The position numbers and the translations under genes are program-made. The notes beneath the pieces were generated by a model. That model was not told where the DNA came from, made no database searches, and saw only the letters and a list, made by a program, of their open reading frames with translations. A stretch of DNA of 64,000 nucleotides from NCBI GenBank assembly GCA_965203515.1, contig OZ241907.1, positions 2,400,001 to 2,464,000 of the forward strand, read 5' to 3'. The stretch's first letter is position 1. Each line of letters opens with the position of its first letter. Shown one piece after another: positions 54,000 to 63,595 of the stretch. This DNA is from Spirochaetia bacterium. Lineage in GTDB: Bacteria > Spirochaetota > Spirochaetia > SZUA-6 > Bin103.

Positions 54000-55603
54000 A
54001 CCCGGCCCGACTCCGCTTCTACCGCACCACGCTGCATCCATTCCTGTCGATCGCCATACCGTTCCTGTTGCTGTTGTCGGTCGAGACGTTCGTGCGGGCC
54101 ATGGTCCTGCACGCGGTGCTGCCGCTGCCGGGCTACCTGTGGGCGGTGCTGCTGCTGACCGGCGTGGTCCAGGCGGTGTCGGCCAACCGCATGGCCCAGG
54201 AGGGAACCAACAGCATCGCGCCCCGCCTCCGGGAGCTGCTGTTGATACTGATCGGCACGCTGGTGCTGTTCATGCTGGCGCAGGGCCACCTGCTGCGCGG
54301 CGACGTCAATCCGGCAAAGGCCGACGTCCTGTATCCGTTGGCGCTGACCTTCGTCTACTGGATCATCGCCTTCGCGCTGCACCGCAACATGCGCGAACGG
54401 GAAGCGTTCCTGGCGCTGGTGGTCGACCAGGACGGCGATCAGCTCAAGACCGCGTTTCGCGACTACGCCGAGGAAGCGACCACCTCATCGGCGCGGATGC
54501 GCGCCCTGCGCCGCGCCATCCTGTGGTTCCAGTCGCTGTCCCTGATCGCCTTTCTGATCCTGCTGATCGCGGTCGACCCGATCGAGCCGTGGTGGACGGT
54601 GCTGGCGCTCGGCCACGTCGGCTTCGGGCTGGTCTTCCTGGCGATCGTCAACGGCTTCATGGAGGAGCAACAGCATCTGGGCGAAGGGCTGCCGCTGCCG
54701 GCGCCGCTGCAACGCCGCCGCGTGCGCGCCACCGTGCTGACGTTGCTGTTGACCGCCGCAGTGGCGGCGCCGCTCACCGGCCGCGAGGCGCTGCTGCCGG
54801 CGGAGGCGATCGGCGCCTTCATGGAGTGGCTGGAGGAGCGCCTGCGGCTGCCCGAGCGCGAGGTCCGGGTGCGGATTCGCGAAAGCGGCGAGACTCTGGT
54901 CTTCGAGGAAGATTTTCGGGAGCCCGACCTGGGCGAACTGGGCGGCGAACGCGAAGAGAACGCCTTCCTGGAGCAGCTGGTGCGCATCGTGCTCATCACT
55001 GCCGGCGCGCTGATCCTGACCGGTCTGCTCTATTTCCTGGTCCGGCCGCTGTTGTCGCGCGATTATCGGGAGCGCCTGCGGCAGGCGCGTCCGCTCGCCC
55101 GGCTGGCGGCCGCGATCGGCCGCTTCCTCACGTCGTTCGTCGCTTCGGCGCGCCGCATGCTGGAGACATTGGCGCGTTCGCGGCGATCGCTGGCGCGGTT
55201 CGGCGAGGCGCTGGTGGAACGCGCGCGCGAGCGGAGCGCGGCGCGCGCCGCCGCCCGCGCACGGGAGGCGGCGCTCGACAAGCAGCGCCAGCGCGCGATC
55301 GGGCAGGCGTCGCGGGCGTTCGTGCGCCTGATCCGCTGGGCCGAGCGCGGCGGCGTGCCGTTCCGCACGTGGATGGGACCGATGGAGTACGTGCTGCTGG
55401 TGGCCGAGCGGTCGACGGCCAACGCCAGGGCGCTCAGGGAGATCGGCGCCATCTTCGAACAGATCGCCTACGCGGCGACCGACCCGCCCGCGGAACGGTC
55501 GCAGACCTACTACCGCCTCATCAAAGAGGTGACTCGCCATCGCCTGCAGGAATCTGCAACGACCCGCACGCCGGATGCCTCGCTGGCTCCGGCGACGCGG
55601 TGA
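53996..55603 (+). CDS. Polytopic membrane protein with DUF4129-like C-terminus
   Basis: Many TM segments; C-terminal GPMEY...IFEQIAYA; position in a MoxR-DUF58 operon. Confidence 0.6.
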   Translation: MNPARLRFYRTTLHPFLSIAIPFLLLLSVETFVRAMVLHAVLPLPGYLWAVLLLTGVVQAVSANRMAQEGTNSIAPRLRELLLILIGTLVLFMLAQGHLLRGDVNPAKADVLYPLALTFVYWIIAFALHRNMREREAFLALVVDQDGDQLKTAFRDYAEEATTSSARMRALRRAILWFQSLSLIAFLILLIAVDPIEPWWTVLALGHVGFGLVFLAIVNGFMEEQQHLGEGLPLPAPLQRRRVRATVLTLLLTAAVAAPLTGREALLPAEAIGAFMEWLEERLRLPEREVRVRIRESGETLVFEEDFREPDLGELGGEREENAFLEQLVRIVLITAGALILTGLLYFLVRPLLSRDYRERLRQARPLARLAAAIGRFLTSFVASARRMLETLARSRRSLARFGEALVERARERSAARAAARAREAALDKQRQRAIGQASRAFVRLIRWAERGGVPFRTWMGPMEYVLLVAERSTANARALREIGAIFEQIAYAATDPPAERSQTYYRLIKEVTRHRLQESATTRTPDASLAPATR

Positions 55604-55655
55604 GTCGGCAGCGCCTTGCAGGTACGGCGTTCCCGGTAACCGAGAGGAGTAATCG

Positions 55656-56609
55656 ATGGCAGACGTGAAGGCATGGGCCGCGCAGGTACGCGGCTCGGTG
55701 GAGCAGGCGTTCTTTGGCAAACAGGACCCGATCGATCGGGTGCTGGTGGCGCTGCTGTGCCGCGGCCACGTGCTGATCGAGGACGTGCCGGGGACCGGCA
55801 AGACCGTGCTGGGCCGCGCGGTGGCCAAGAGCATCGGCGGCCAGTTCCGGCAGCTGCAGTGCACGCCCGACCTGCTCCCTGCCGACGTGCTGGGCGTGTC
55901 GGTCTTCAATCCTCAGACCGGGGAGTTCGACTTCCGGGAAGGGCCGATCATGACCAACATGCTGCTGGTCGATGAGATCAACCGGGCCACGCCCCGCACG
56001 CAGTCGGCGCTGCTGGAGGCGATGGCCGAAGGGCAGATCTCGGTCGAAGGCCGCAGTCAACCGCTGCCCAATCCGTTCGTATTGATCGCCACCGAGAGCC
56101 CGGTCGAGTCGGAGGATACCTTTCCGCTGCCCGAGGTCCAGAAGGACCGCTTCTTCCTGTCGATCAGGATCGGCTATCCGTCGCGGGAGGCGGAGAAATC
56201 GGTGATCGCGATGCAGCGCGTCATCGAACCGCCCCTGGAACGGATAGGCCCGGTCACGGAGATCGACACCCTGCTGCAGATGCAGGAGGCGGTCATGGAG
56301 GTGCACGTCGAACCGTCGATCCGGCGCTACATCCTGTCGATCATCAACCGTACGCGAGAGGACAAGCGCCTGATGATCGGCGTGTCGCCGCGCGGGTCGC
56401 TGGCCATGTTCAAGGGCAGCCAGGCGCTGGCCGCGGTGCGCGGGCGGGACTTCGTCACGCCGGAGGATGTCCGCGACCTCGCCCCGTCGGTGCTGCGCAA
56501 GCGGCTGCTGCTCAAGTCCGAGCACTCCGCCAAGGGCATGACCGAGGACGCGGCGGTCGACGACCTGCTGGAATCGGTCGACGTACCTCCCCTCGCCGAG
56601 GCGGTGTAG
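55656..56609 (+). CDS. MoxR-family AAA+ ATPase (copy 2)
   Basis: EDVPGTGKT, QCTPDLLPAD, DEINRA, ATESP, GVSPRG; GAGGAG Shine-Dalgarno. Confidence 0.93.
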   Translation: MADVKAWAAQVRGSVEQAFFGKQDPIDRVLVALLCRGHVLIEDVPGTGKTVLGRAVAKSIGGQFRQLQCTPDLLPADVLGVSVFNPQTGEFDFREGPIMTNMLLVDEINRATPRTQSALLEAMAEGQISVEGRSQPLPNPFVLIATESPVESEDTFPLPEVQKDRFFLSIRIGYPSREAEKSVIAMQRVIEPPLERIGPVTEIDTLLQMQEAVMEVHVEPSIRRYILSIINRTREDKRLMIGVSPRGSLAMFKGSQALAAVRGRDFVTPEDVRDLAPSVLRKRLLLKSEHSAKGMTEDAAVDDLLESVDVPPLAEAV

Positions 56610-56625
56610 CGCCGTCGGCATGGAA

Positions 56626-56652
56626 AGGGCGCGGCCGTGACGGCCGCGCCCT
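56626..56652. terminator. 12-bp hairpin between convergent genes
   Basis: AGGGCGCGGCCG-tga-CGGCCGCGCCCT; short T-run after it on the minus strand. Confidence 0.6.
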
Positions 56653-56693
56653 GCGTGTGAGATCGTCCGGCAGTGCCTAATTGCCGGCAGTGC

Positions 56694-58295
56694 CTACTGG
56701 AACCTGAGGTTGATCTCGTTCATGCGCTGCTCGACGACGTGAAGGTCGCCGCCTTCCTCCCAGCGCGCCATCCATTCGTCGAACGCGGCCAGGTCCTTGG
56801 CGCCGGTGATCAGCTCGACGAACAACACGTTCATCTGGCCGCTGACGTCCATCTTCGCCCACAGGTCGTCGCCGTCCTCGTCGGTGATCGGAAAGAACCG
56901 GTTGGTCGGAACCCGGCGGATGTTCGCGTCGGAGTAGATGCCGGCCGGGTTCTTGTGGAAGTCTTCCAGCGCCTTGAGGACGCCGGGGTGCTGCCAGTTC
57001 GCCGTGTGCGGGGTATAGCTGTAGAGCGCGCCCCAGAAGTAGCCGGCGCCGATCTGCTTGGAGGCGTCGATGCCGATGAAATCCTCCCTGCGCTCCGGGT
57101 AGCCGAACTCGTTGATCTCCCAGTGCTTGCCTTCGATGCCCTGGTTGGTCAGCGTGTGGTACGACTCGTCCGTGTTCATCCGGTCCATGATCTGCATGAT
57201 CAGGTGCAGGTCGTCGGGACGCGATTCCAGGTGCCGGCCGAAGCCGTAGGAGCCGCCGTGGAACGGGTTCCAGACGTAGCGCGCCGGCCGCACGTCTTCG
57301 AAGAAGCGCGGGAACGGTCCCATCTCGATGCGCGCCTCCGGCACCACCTTGCGTATCCAGTTGCCCTCGCTGCCGGGCCGATCCAGGGAGTCATCCCATG
57401 ACCCGTAGCCGATCCACTCCTTGACGATGGTCTCGCCATTGCGGAACAGGTTCACGTTGGTGCCCGAGTCGATGGTCGGGAACTCCGGATCGATGTAGCC
57501 CTTCTCGAACCAGTCGCGCGCTACCTCGTAGCCCAACTTCATCTCCGGCTGGTTGAAGCCGTGCACGAGCCGGCCGTCCCGGAGGTTCCAGCGCCATTGC
57601 GCCCAGCCGGTGCCGTCGAAGATCATCGGGAAGCATTGCCACGTCAATCCCTTGGCCGGACAGGAGTACGGAAAGTCATCGGCGTTCTGCGCCTTGAAAG
57701 CCGCGAAGACCGCCTCGATCTCCTCGTAGGTACCCGGCGCGCTTGCGAAGCCCAGACCCTCCAGCACGTCCAAACGCCAGGCGATGCCGTGCGGAAACTG
57801 ACCGCCAAACCAGACGTTCGGGATCTGCACCAGCTTGCCATCGCGGTGGAAGCGGTCCCAGGTTCCCTGCTCGTTGAGGCCGACCACCTTCATCACGTCG
57901 ACCAGCGCCCGGTAGACGCCCGGCATGTACTCCTGTACGTCGGCAAGGTCGAAGCGAGCGGTGCCCTGCTTCATGATTTCCTCGTTCCACCAGACCGGGA
58001 ACACGTCCGGCATGTCGCCGGAGGCCAGCAGCAGGTTGAGCTTCTCGGTCACCTCGCTGTCGGCGTCGACGCCTTCCGGCAGGATGGTCACCTTGCGGCC
58101 CAGGTCGCGTTCGATCCACGACTCGACCGTGGTGAAGACCTCGGTGCGCTCCTCCGGTACCTGACGCAGCCCGAACCAGCGGATCTCGAGCGGCTGGTCC
58201 GCTGCTCCTTCGGTGGTGCCGGCGGCGATCGCGGCCCCGCCCCCGGCGAACAGGAGCAGCGCGCCCAAAACGACGGTAAGCAACCTTCTCATCAC
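56694..58295 (-). CDS. Carbohydrate ABC transporter extracellular solute-binding protein
   Basis: Signal peptide, LLASGDMPD, GYIDPEF, QGIEGKHW; paralog of 30331-31926. Confidence 0.88.
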   Translation of the reverse strand: MMRRLLTVVLGALLLFAGGGAAIAAGTTEGAADQPLEIRWFGLRQVPEERTEVFTTVESWIERDLGRKVTILPEGVDADSEVTEKLNLLLASGDMPDVFPVWWNEEIMKQGTARFDLADVQEYMPGVYRALVDVMKVVGLNEQGTWDRFHRDGKLVQIPNVWFGGQFPHGIAWRLDVLEGLGFASAPGTYEEIEAVFAAFKAQNADDFPYSCPAKGLTWQCFPMIFDGTGWAQWRWNLRDGRLVHGFNQPEMKLGYEVARDWFEKGYIDPEFPTIDSGTNVNLFRNGETIVKEWIGYGSWDDSLDRPGSEGNWIRKVVPEARIEMGPFPRFFEDVRPARYVWNPFHGGSYGFGRHLESRPDDLHLIMQIMDRMNTDESYHTLTNQGIEGKHWEINEFGYPERREDFIGIDASKQIGAGYFWGALYSYTPHTANWQHPGVLKALEDFHKNPAGIYSDANIRRVPTNRFFPITDEDGDDLWAKMDVSGQMNVLFVELITGAKDLAAFDEWMARWEEGGDLHVVEQRMNEINLRFQ

Positions 58296-58374
58296 TTACT
58301 CTCCTTGAAGTTGATTGTCTGCCCTGCGACGCAGGGCTGCCCCGCAGGGCATCGGTTTCCCATATGGTACGGGC

Positions 58375-59283
58375 TCATCCCTTCAGCGATCCCACGATGA
58401 TACCCTTGACGAAGTAGCGTTGCATGAACGGATAGGTGCAGAGGATCGGTACCGTCGACGCCATCAGGATGGCGGCCTTGATCGTCTCCGGCGTGTACTG
58501 CCGTACCAGTTCCTCTTGCCGCTGAATCGCCTGGACGTCCGCACCCAGGCCTGAATAGGCAAAGTTGCTCTCCAGCAACACGCGGCGCAGCAGGATCTGC
58601 AGCACCTTGATCTTGGGACTGGTGATGTAGATGAGCGCATCGAACCAGGAGTTCCAGTGCAGCACCATGGTCCACAGCGCTATCGTGGCTACGATCGGCA
58701 TCGACAGCGGCATGACGATGCGCGCGAAGATCGTCAGGTCGTTGGCGCCGTCGATGCGGGCGCTCTCCTCCAGTTCCTCCGGCAGCGACATCAGGTAGTT
58801 GCGGGCGATGATCAGCGTGAACGGGTTGACCAGGATCGGCAGGACCAGCGCCCAGAGCGTGTTTACCAGACCCAGGCCGCGCACCAGGATGAACAGCGGG
58901 ACGATCCCACCCGAGAAGAGCATGGTGACCAGCACGAAGATCGTCCAGAAGGTGCGTAGCGGCAGGTACCGCTTGGCGAGCGGGTAGCCCATCATCATGG
59001 TCACCGACACCGTCAGACCGGTACCGACCGCCGTGCGCAGGATGGTCCAGTAGTAGGCGTTGCCGATGGCCGGGGTCTGCAGGATGCGGCCGTAGGACGC
59101 CAGGCTCATCGCTCCGGGCCGGGGGAACGCCTTGAAGCCGATCTTCATCGCCTCCTCGGCCGTGCTCAGCGACAACGTGATCTGGCGCATGAACGGATAC
59201 AGGATCGTGATGCAGAACAGCACCAGCAGGACGGCGTTGGCGGTGTCGAAGGTCTTGTCGCCCGGCGACTTGCGCAGCGCCAT
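58375..59283 (-). CDS. Carbohydrate ABC transporter permease (LplC-like)
   Basis: FSGGIVP, ESARIDGAND, HWNSWFDA, FVKGIIVGSLKG. Confidence 0.93.
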   Translation of the reverse strand: MALRKSPGDKTFDTANAVLLVLFCITILYPFMRQITLSLSTAEEAMKIGFKAFPRPGAMSLASYGRILQTPAIGNAYYWTILRTAVGTGLTVSVTMMMGYPLAKRYLPLRTFWTIFVLVTMLFSGGIVPLFILVRGLGLVNTLWALVLPILVNPFTLIIARNYLMSLPEELEESARIDGANDLTIFARIVMPLSMPIVATIALWTMVLHWNSWFDALIYITSPKIKVLQILLRRVLLESNFAYSGLGADVQAIQRQEELVRQYTPETIKAAILMASTVPILCTYPFMQRYFVKGIIVGSLKG

Positions 59284-59289
59284 CACCCG

Positions 59290-60246
59290 CTACCAGAGAC
59301 CGTAGCCGGTAAATCGCCGTACGATCCGGTCGACGGCAAGCACCAGCACCAGGCCGATGACGTTCTTGGTCAGCCCGACCGCAGTGCCGAACTCGAACTC
59401 GAATCCCTGCAGGCCGACCCGGTAGATGTAGGTGTCGATGATGTCGGCTATCTCGTAGACCAACGGGTTGTAGAGGTTGAATATCTGATCGAAGCCGGCG
59501 TCGAGGATATTCGCCATCCGCAGGACCAGCAGGATGGCGATCACCGGCAGGATACCGGGCAGGGTGATGCTGACGGCGCGCCGCCACCGGCTGGCGCCGT
59601 CGACCACCGCCGCTTCGTACAGCTCGGGGTTGATGCTCGACATGGTGGCCAGGTAGATGATCGTGCCGTAGCCGATCTCCTTCCAGATATCGCTGACGAT
59701 CAGGATCGGAATGAACCAGACCTGGCTGGTCAGGAGCACGGTCGAATCCAGGTCGAGCAGGCGCACGACGTAACCGTATATTCCGCGTCGCGACAGCAGC
59801 TCGGTGATCAGCCCGGCCACCACCACCCAGGACAGGAAGTGCGGGAGATAGGAGATCGTCTGCACCGTACGCTTGAACCTGGTGTTGAATATCTCGTTCA
59901 GCAGCAGGGCCAGGATGATCGGCATCGGGAAGCCGAAGGCGATGCGCAGCACGCTGATCTCCACGGTGTTCCAGAACACGCGCGCCACGTCGTGCTGCTC
60001 GAACAGCCGCCTGAAGTGCTTGAGGCCGACCCAGGGGCTGAACAGGATGCCCTGGTGGACGTCGTATTCCTTGAAGGCCAGCACGGCGCCATAGATCGGA
60101 ACGTAACGGAATACGACGAAGTAGACGATGCCGGGCAGCATCAGCAGCAGCAGATAGCGGTGGCGGTACAGTTCCTTTACCAGACTTGGTTTGCGGTATT
60201 CGACCAAGTCGATGGGCCGGACGGCGGCGGATCGGTCGGCGGCCAT
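59290..60246 (-). CDS. Carbohydrate ABC transporter permease (LplB-like)
   Basis: SPWVGLKHF, QTISYLPHFLSW, LYEAAVVDGA, DIIDTYIY; start uncertain. Confidence 0.92.
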   Translation of the reverse strand: MAADRSAAVRPIDLVEYRKPSLVKELYRHRYLLLLMLPGIVYFVVFRYVPIYGAVLAFKEYDVHQGILFSPWVGLKHFRRLFEQHDVARVFWNTVEISVLRIAFGFPMPIILALLLNEIFNTRFKRTVQTISYLPHFLSWVVVAGLITELLSRRGIYGYVVRLLDLDSTVLLTSQVWFIPILIVSDIWKEIGYGTIIYLATMSSINPELYEAAVVDGASRWRRAVSITLPGILPVIAILLVLRMANILDAGFDQIFNLYNPLVYEIADIIDTYIYRVGLQGFEFEFGTAVGLTKNVIGLVLVLAVDRIVRRFTGYGLW

Positions 60247-60265
60247 GCGCGGAACCTCCGTCAAT

Positions 60266-61207
60266 CTAACCTTTCAGAGCCCCGATCAGGGTGCCCTTGA
60301 CGAAATACTTCTGCATGAACGGGTAAGCCAGCAGGATCGGCACCGTCGTCACCATCAGAATCGCCGCCTTGATGGTCTCCGGCGTGTACTCGCGCAGCTG
60401 GCGCTCCTGCGCCATCATCTGCGCCGCGGTCTCCGTAGTGCCGAGTCCGGCGTAGCTGAAGTCGCTCTCCAGGAGCACGCGGCGCAGCAACTGCTGGATC
60501 ACCTTGATGCGTGGATCGGTGACGAAGATCAGGGCGTGAAACCACTCGTTCCAGTGGTAGACTATGGTCCAGAGCGCCACCACCGCGAACACCGGCTTGG
60601 ACATCGGCATGACGATGCGGAAGAATACCAGCAGGTCGTTGGCGCCGTCGACCCGGGCGCTCTCCTCCAGGTCCTCCGGCAGGGTCATCAGGTAGCTGCG
60701 CATCACGATCAGGGCGAAGGTCGACACCAGCCCCGGCAATACGAGCGCCCAGACGGTATTGATCAGTCCCAGACCCCGCACCAGCAAGTAGAGCGGGATC
60801 AGCCCGCCGGCGAAGAACAACGTGAGCACCACGAACAGGGTCCAGAAGCGGCGCAACGGCAGATAGCGCTTGGCCAGCGGGTAGGCCAGCATGCCGGTCA
60901 CCAGCAGCGTGAGCGTGGTGCCGATGCCGATGCGCGCCAAGGTCCAGTAGTAGGCGCGGGCGATGGAGTCGGTCTGGAAGATGCGCTCGTAGGACGCCAG
61001 CGTGACCTTCCGGAAATCCGGCACGAGGTGAGCGCCGAACCGAAGCGCCTCGTCGGCGGTGCTGAGCGAGATGGTGATCTGCCGCATGAACGGCAACAGG
61101 ATGGAGAGCGACAGCAGGATCAGGAACAGGTGGTTGGCGACGTCGAAGAGCCGGCCGCCGGCCCCGGTCCTGCGCAGGGCGGGGCTCGACGCTTCGTTCT
61201 GCGGCAT
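60266..61207 (-). CDS. Carbohydrate ABC transporter permease (second LplC-like copy)
   Basis: FAGGLIP, ESARVDGAND, HWNEWFHA, FVKGTLIGALKG; start ATG 61207. Confidence 0.92.
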   Translation of the reverse strand: MPQNEASSPALRRTGAGGRLFDVANHLFLILLSLSILLPFMRQITISLSTADEALRFGAHLVPDFRKVTLASYERIFQTDSIARAYYWTLARIGIGTTLTLLVTGMLAYPLAKRYLPLRRFWTLFVVLTLFFAGGLIPLYLLVRGLGLINTVWALVLPGLVSTFALIVMRSYLMTLPEDLEESARVDGANDLLVFFRIVMPMSKPVFAVVALWTIVYHWNEWFHALIFVTDPRIKVIQQLLRRVLLESDFSYAGLGTTETAAQMMAQERQLREYTPETIKAAILMVTTVPILLAYPFMQKYFVKGTLIGALKG

Positions 61208-61332
61208 CGCCGACAACCATAGCCGATCGAGGCGTCCGCTGCCTACCCCACGCCACGGCCGGGAGCCGCCGACCGCGGCCCGCGACCCTGGACGCCGGTA
61301 TCGCGGATCGCTAGCATGGACTGCCGATCCTG

Positions 61333-61594
61333 ATGTCTGAGCCGAGCTACTCTGACGATCTGCCGTTCGACATGCGACCGGCCGGCGGCGCGACCGTCGA
61401 CGACCTCGACCTGGACTTCGTGCGCAACCAATACCTGCCGAACGCCATCGCCGGTGACGTTCTGGAACGGAACGAGCCGATCGCTTGAACATCAACTTCG
61501 TTCTCTGCGTCTGGACGGATACAGGCGCGCCCATGGGGAGCCATCCTCGCGTTGGCAGAGACCCTCAGGCATTGGTTACCGGGTGCGTACATTC
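61333..61594 (+). pseudogene. Internally deleted, frameshifted remnant of the AlbA_2/ATP-binding gene family seen at 63618
   Basis: Begins MSEPSYSD (versus MAEPSYSD at 63618), jumps to DLPFDMRP...ATVDDLDLDF..YLPNAI..DVLERNE, then RSLEHQLRSLRL, WGAILAL, RDPQA and WLPGAYI in shifting frames. Confidence 0.7.
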
Positions 61595-61595
61595 C

Positions 61596-61640
61596 GTGCC
61601 GGGGGAAGGACACATCTGGGACGTGACGCTCTCGCCGTGA
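61596..61640 (+). pseudogene. Orphan 3' end of a GT-C paralog
   Basis: VPGEGHIWDVTLSP*, 39 of 45 nt identical to 49642-49686 (VPGEGHLWDVTFSP*). Confidence 0.8.
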
Positions 61641-63595
61641 ACCACCCTGCCGGCCGCATGCCTGAGCGGACGCGCGCCGACCTCTCGCTGCTGGCCGCCG
61701 CGGCCGCGCTCGGCGCCGGCCTCGTGCTGGCGAGCGAATTCACCTGGGGCGTGGCGCTGGACTGGGACTCGGTGAGCTACATTGCCGCAGCCCGCAACCT
61801 GCTGGATGGCAACGGTTTCCACACGTTCAACCGAGGGGATCCCTACGTCTGGTGGCCGCCGCTCTACCCGCTGCTGCTGGCCGTTGCCAGCCTGGAGGTA
61901 TTCGACCCGCTCGCCGTCGCCGGACCGGTCAACGCCGTGCTCTTCGGCCTCACCATATTCGTCGTCGCCCGGTACCTGCGACGGCGCCTCGCATCGCGCG
62001 TCCTGGTGATATGGGCCGCTCTCGCCATCTCGCTGGCGGCCCCGCTGGCGGAGTTGGCGTCGCGGGCGCTGACCGAGCCCCTGTTCATCCTGCTGGCCGC
62101 GCTTGCCCTGATCCGCACCGATGACTACCTGACCCGCAACAAGACTTCCTCGCTGGCGTGGGCGGCGGCGTGGGCCGCGCTGGCGTGGCAGACCCGCTAC
62201 CTGGGCGCGGCGGTCGTCGTCGTGGTCACGCTGCTCCTGCTCGGTCAGCGCGGCGCGCGGCCGGCGCAGCGCGCGCGGCGCGCCGCCGGTTTCTCGTTGG
62301 CCGCGACCGCGCCGATGGCAGCGTGGCTGCTGCGCAACCGCTTGGCCGCCGGGAGCTACACCGGGTACCGGGACGGCGGCCCCTATTCGTTGCCGGAGGT
62401 CCTGAGCGCTATCGGCCGCGGGTTTGCGGACTGGGTGTACTTCGACCTTCCGCTAGTCTCGGTCGAATGGCTGCGATTCGTACCGGCCGCCGGGCTGCTG
62501 GTTGCGGTCGGGTTGGTCATCGGCGCGCAGCGACGCCCGGCGATGCCGCGGATGCCGCGGATGCCACGGATGCCGTTCGATTGGCGTCCCTGCTGCGTGT
62601 TCGGCGGCTTTGCGCTGATCTATCTCCTACTGCTCCTGGCGGCGATCATGCTGGGCGCTACCTTCCATGGGGTTCAGGCCCGATTCCTGACGCCGCTGTA
62701 CGTCCCGCTGCTGGTCACCGCCGCGTTCACGCTGGATCGCCTGCTCAGCTCCGTGCGGCAGCATCCGCCGCGACTGGCCGGCGCCATCGTCATCGCGCTG
62801 CTTTGCGTCTGGACGGTCGGGCAAGTCGAGCCGGTCGCCCGCGAAATAGCGCGCGCCAATTCCTGCCTCCGCTGCCGCGGCTACGCTTCATCATACTGGC
62901 TTGATTCCGAGACGCTGGAATACCTGCGACAGCACCCACTTGAGGGCGTCGTATACAGCAATTGGACCCCCGTGTATCTCTACGTTGACGCAACCGAGTT
63001 TCGCGATCTGCCGGTCGGGGCAGAGCAGCTGCAGCGCTGGCTTGCAGGTGTTCAGGACGGCGCATACGTCGTGTGGTTCGACGACGACGTGCAGTCTGGC
63101 TACTATGGCTATGACTCTGCCCTGCTGCGAGCGTCGGCGGGCTTGGTGCCGGTCGCGGAGCTGGCCGACGGCGCGATTTTCGAGGTGCTCAAGAACTCCG
63201 CCGATCGACGACGGGTCGCCTTCGAGGCTGCTATCGTCGCCGACAATTTGGAGGCTCTCGTCACCGGAGATTCGGTACGACTCGCCGAGGGCTCGGTCTT
63301 CGACGTCTATTTCGACGCCGGCGCCAACACGTTGACCTACTTCAAGGAGCCGTGCGCAACGGACGACGTAGAGGCGCGATTCTTCCTGCACGTCGTGCCG
63401 TCGGAGCCCGCCGACCTGCCGGACCGGCGGCACCACTTCGCTAACCTCGACTTCGACTTCGGCGCGCACGGCGCGCTCCTGAACGGCAGGTGCGCAGCGG
63501 TCGTGGCGCTGCCTGACTACGAAATCGCAGATATCAGGACGGGTCAGTACCTGGCCGGGAACATCCACGTCTGGGACTCGACGTTCTCCCCGTGA
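61637..63595 (+). CDS. GT-C (ArnT/PMT-like) membrane glycosyltransferase paralog with intact C-terminal two-Cys domain
   Basis: DSVSYIAAARNLL, PPLYPLLL, TEPLF, QTRYLG, RFLTP, KEPC...RFFLHV...NLDFDF...GRC...LPDY...RTGQY; start GTG 61637 or ATG 61658. Confidence 0.8.
   Translation: MNHPAGRMPERTRADLSLLAAAAALGAGLVLASEFTWGVALDWDSVSYIAAARNLLDGNGFHTFNRGDPYVWWPPLYPLLLAVASLEVFDPLAVAGPVNAVLFGLTIFVVARYLRRRLASRVLVIWAALAISLAAPLAELASRALTEPLFILLAALALIRTDDYLTRNKTSSLAWAAAWAALAWQTRYLGAAVVVVVTLLLLGQRGARPAQRARRAAGFSLAATAPMAAWLLRNRLAAGSYTGYRDGGPYSLPEVLSAIGRGFADWVYFDLPLVSVEWLRFVPAAGLLVAVGLVIGAQRRPAMPRMPRMPRMPFDWRPCCVFGGFALIYLLLLLAAIMLGATFHGVQARFLTPLYVPLLVTAAFTLDRLLSSVRQHPPRLAGAIVIALLCVWTVGQVEPVAREIARANSCLRCRGYASSYWLDSETLEYLRQHPLEGVVYSNWTPVYLYVDATEFRDLPVGAEQLQRWLAGVQDGAYVVWFDDDVQSGYYGYDSALLRASAGLVPVAELADGAIFEVLKNSADRRRVAFEAAIVADNLEALVTGDSVRLAEGSVFDVYFDAGANTLTYFKEPCATDDVEARFFLHVVPSEPADLPDRRHHFANLDFDFGAHGALLNGRCAAVVALPDYEIADIRTGQYLAGNIHVWDSTFSP
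62542..62575 (+). repeat. 9-bp in-frame tandem repeat (GATGCCGCG, about 3.8 copies)
   Basis: Encodes MPRMPRMPRMP. Confidence 0.85.

Noticed and set aside
61454..61636. N-terminal extension of the third GT-C paralog
   Set aside because: It reads through pseudogene debris; homology to paralogs starts after 61637.
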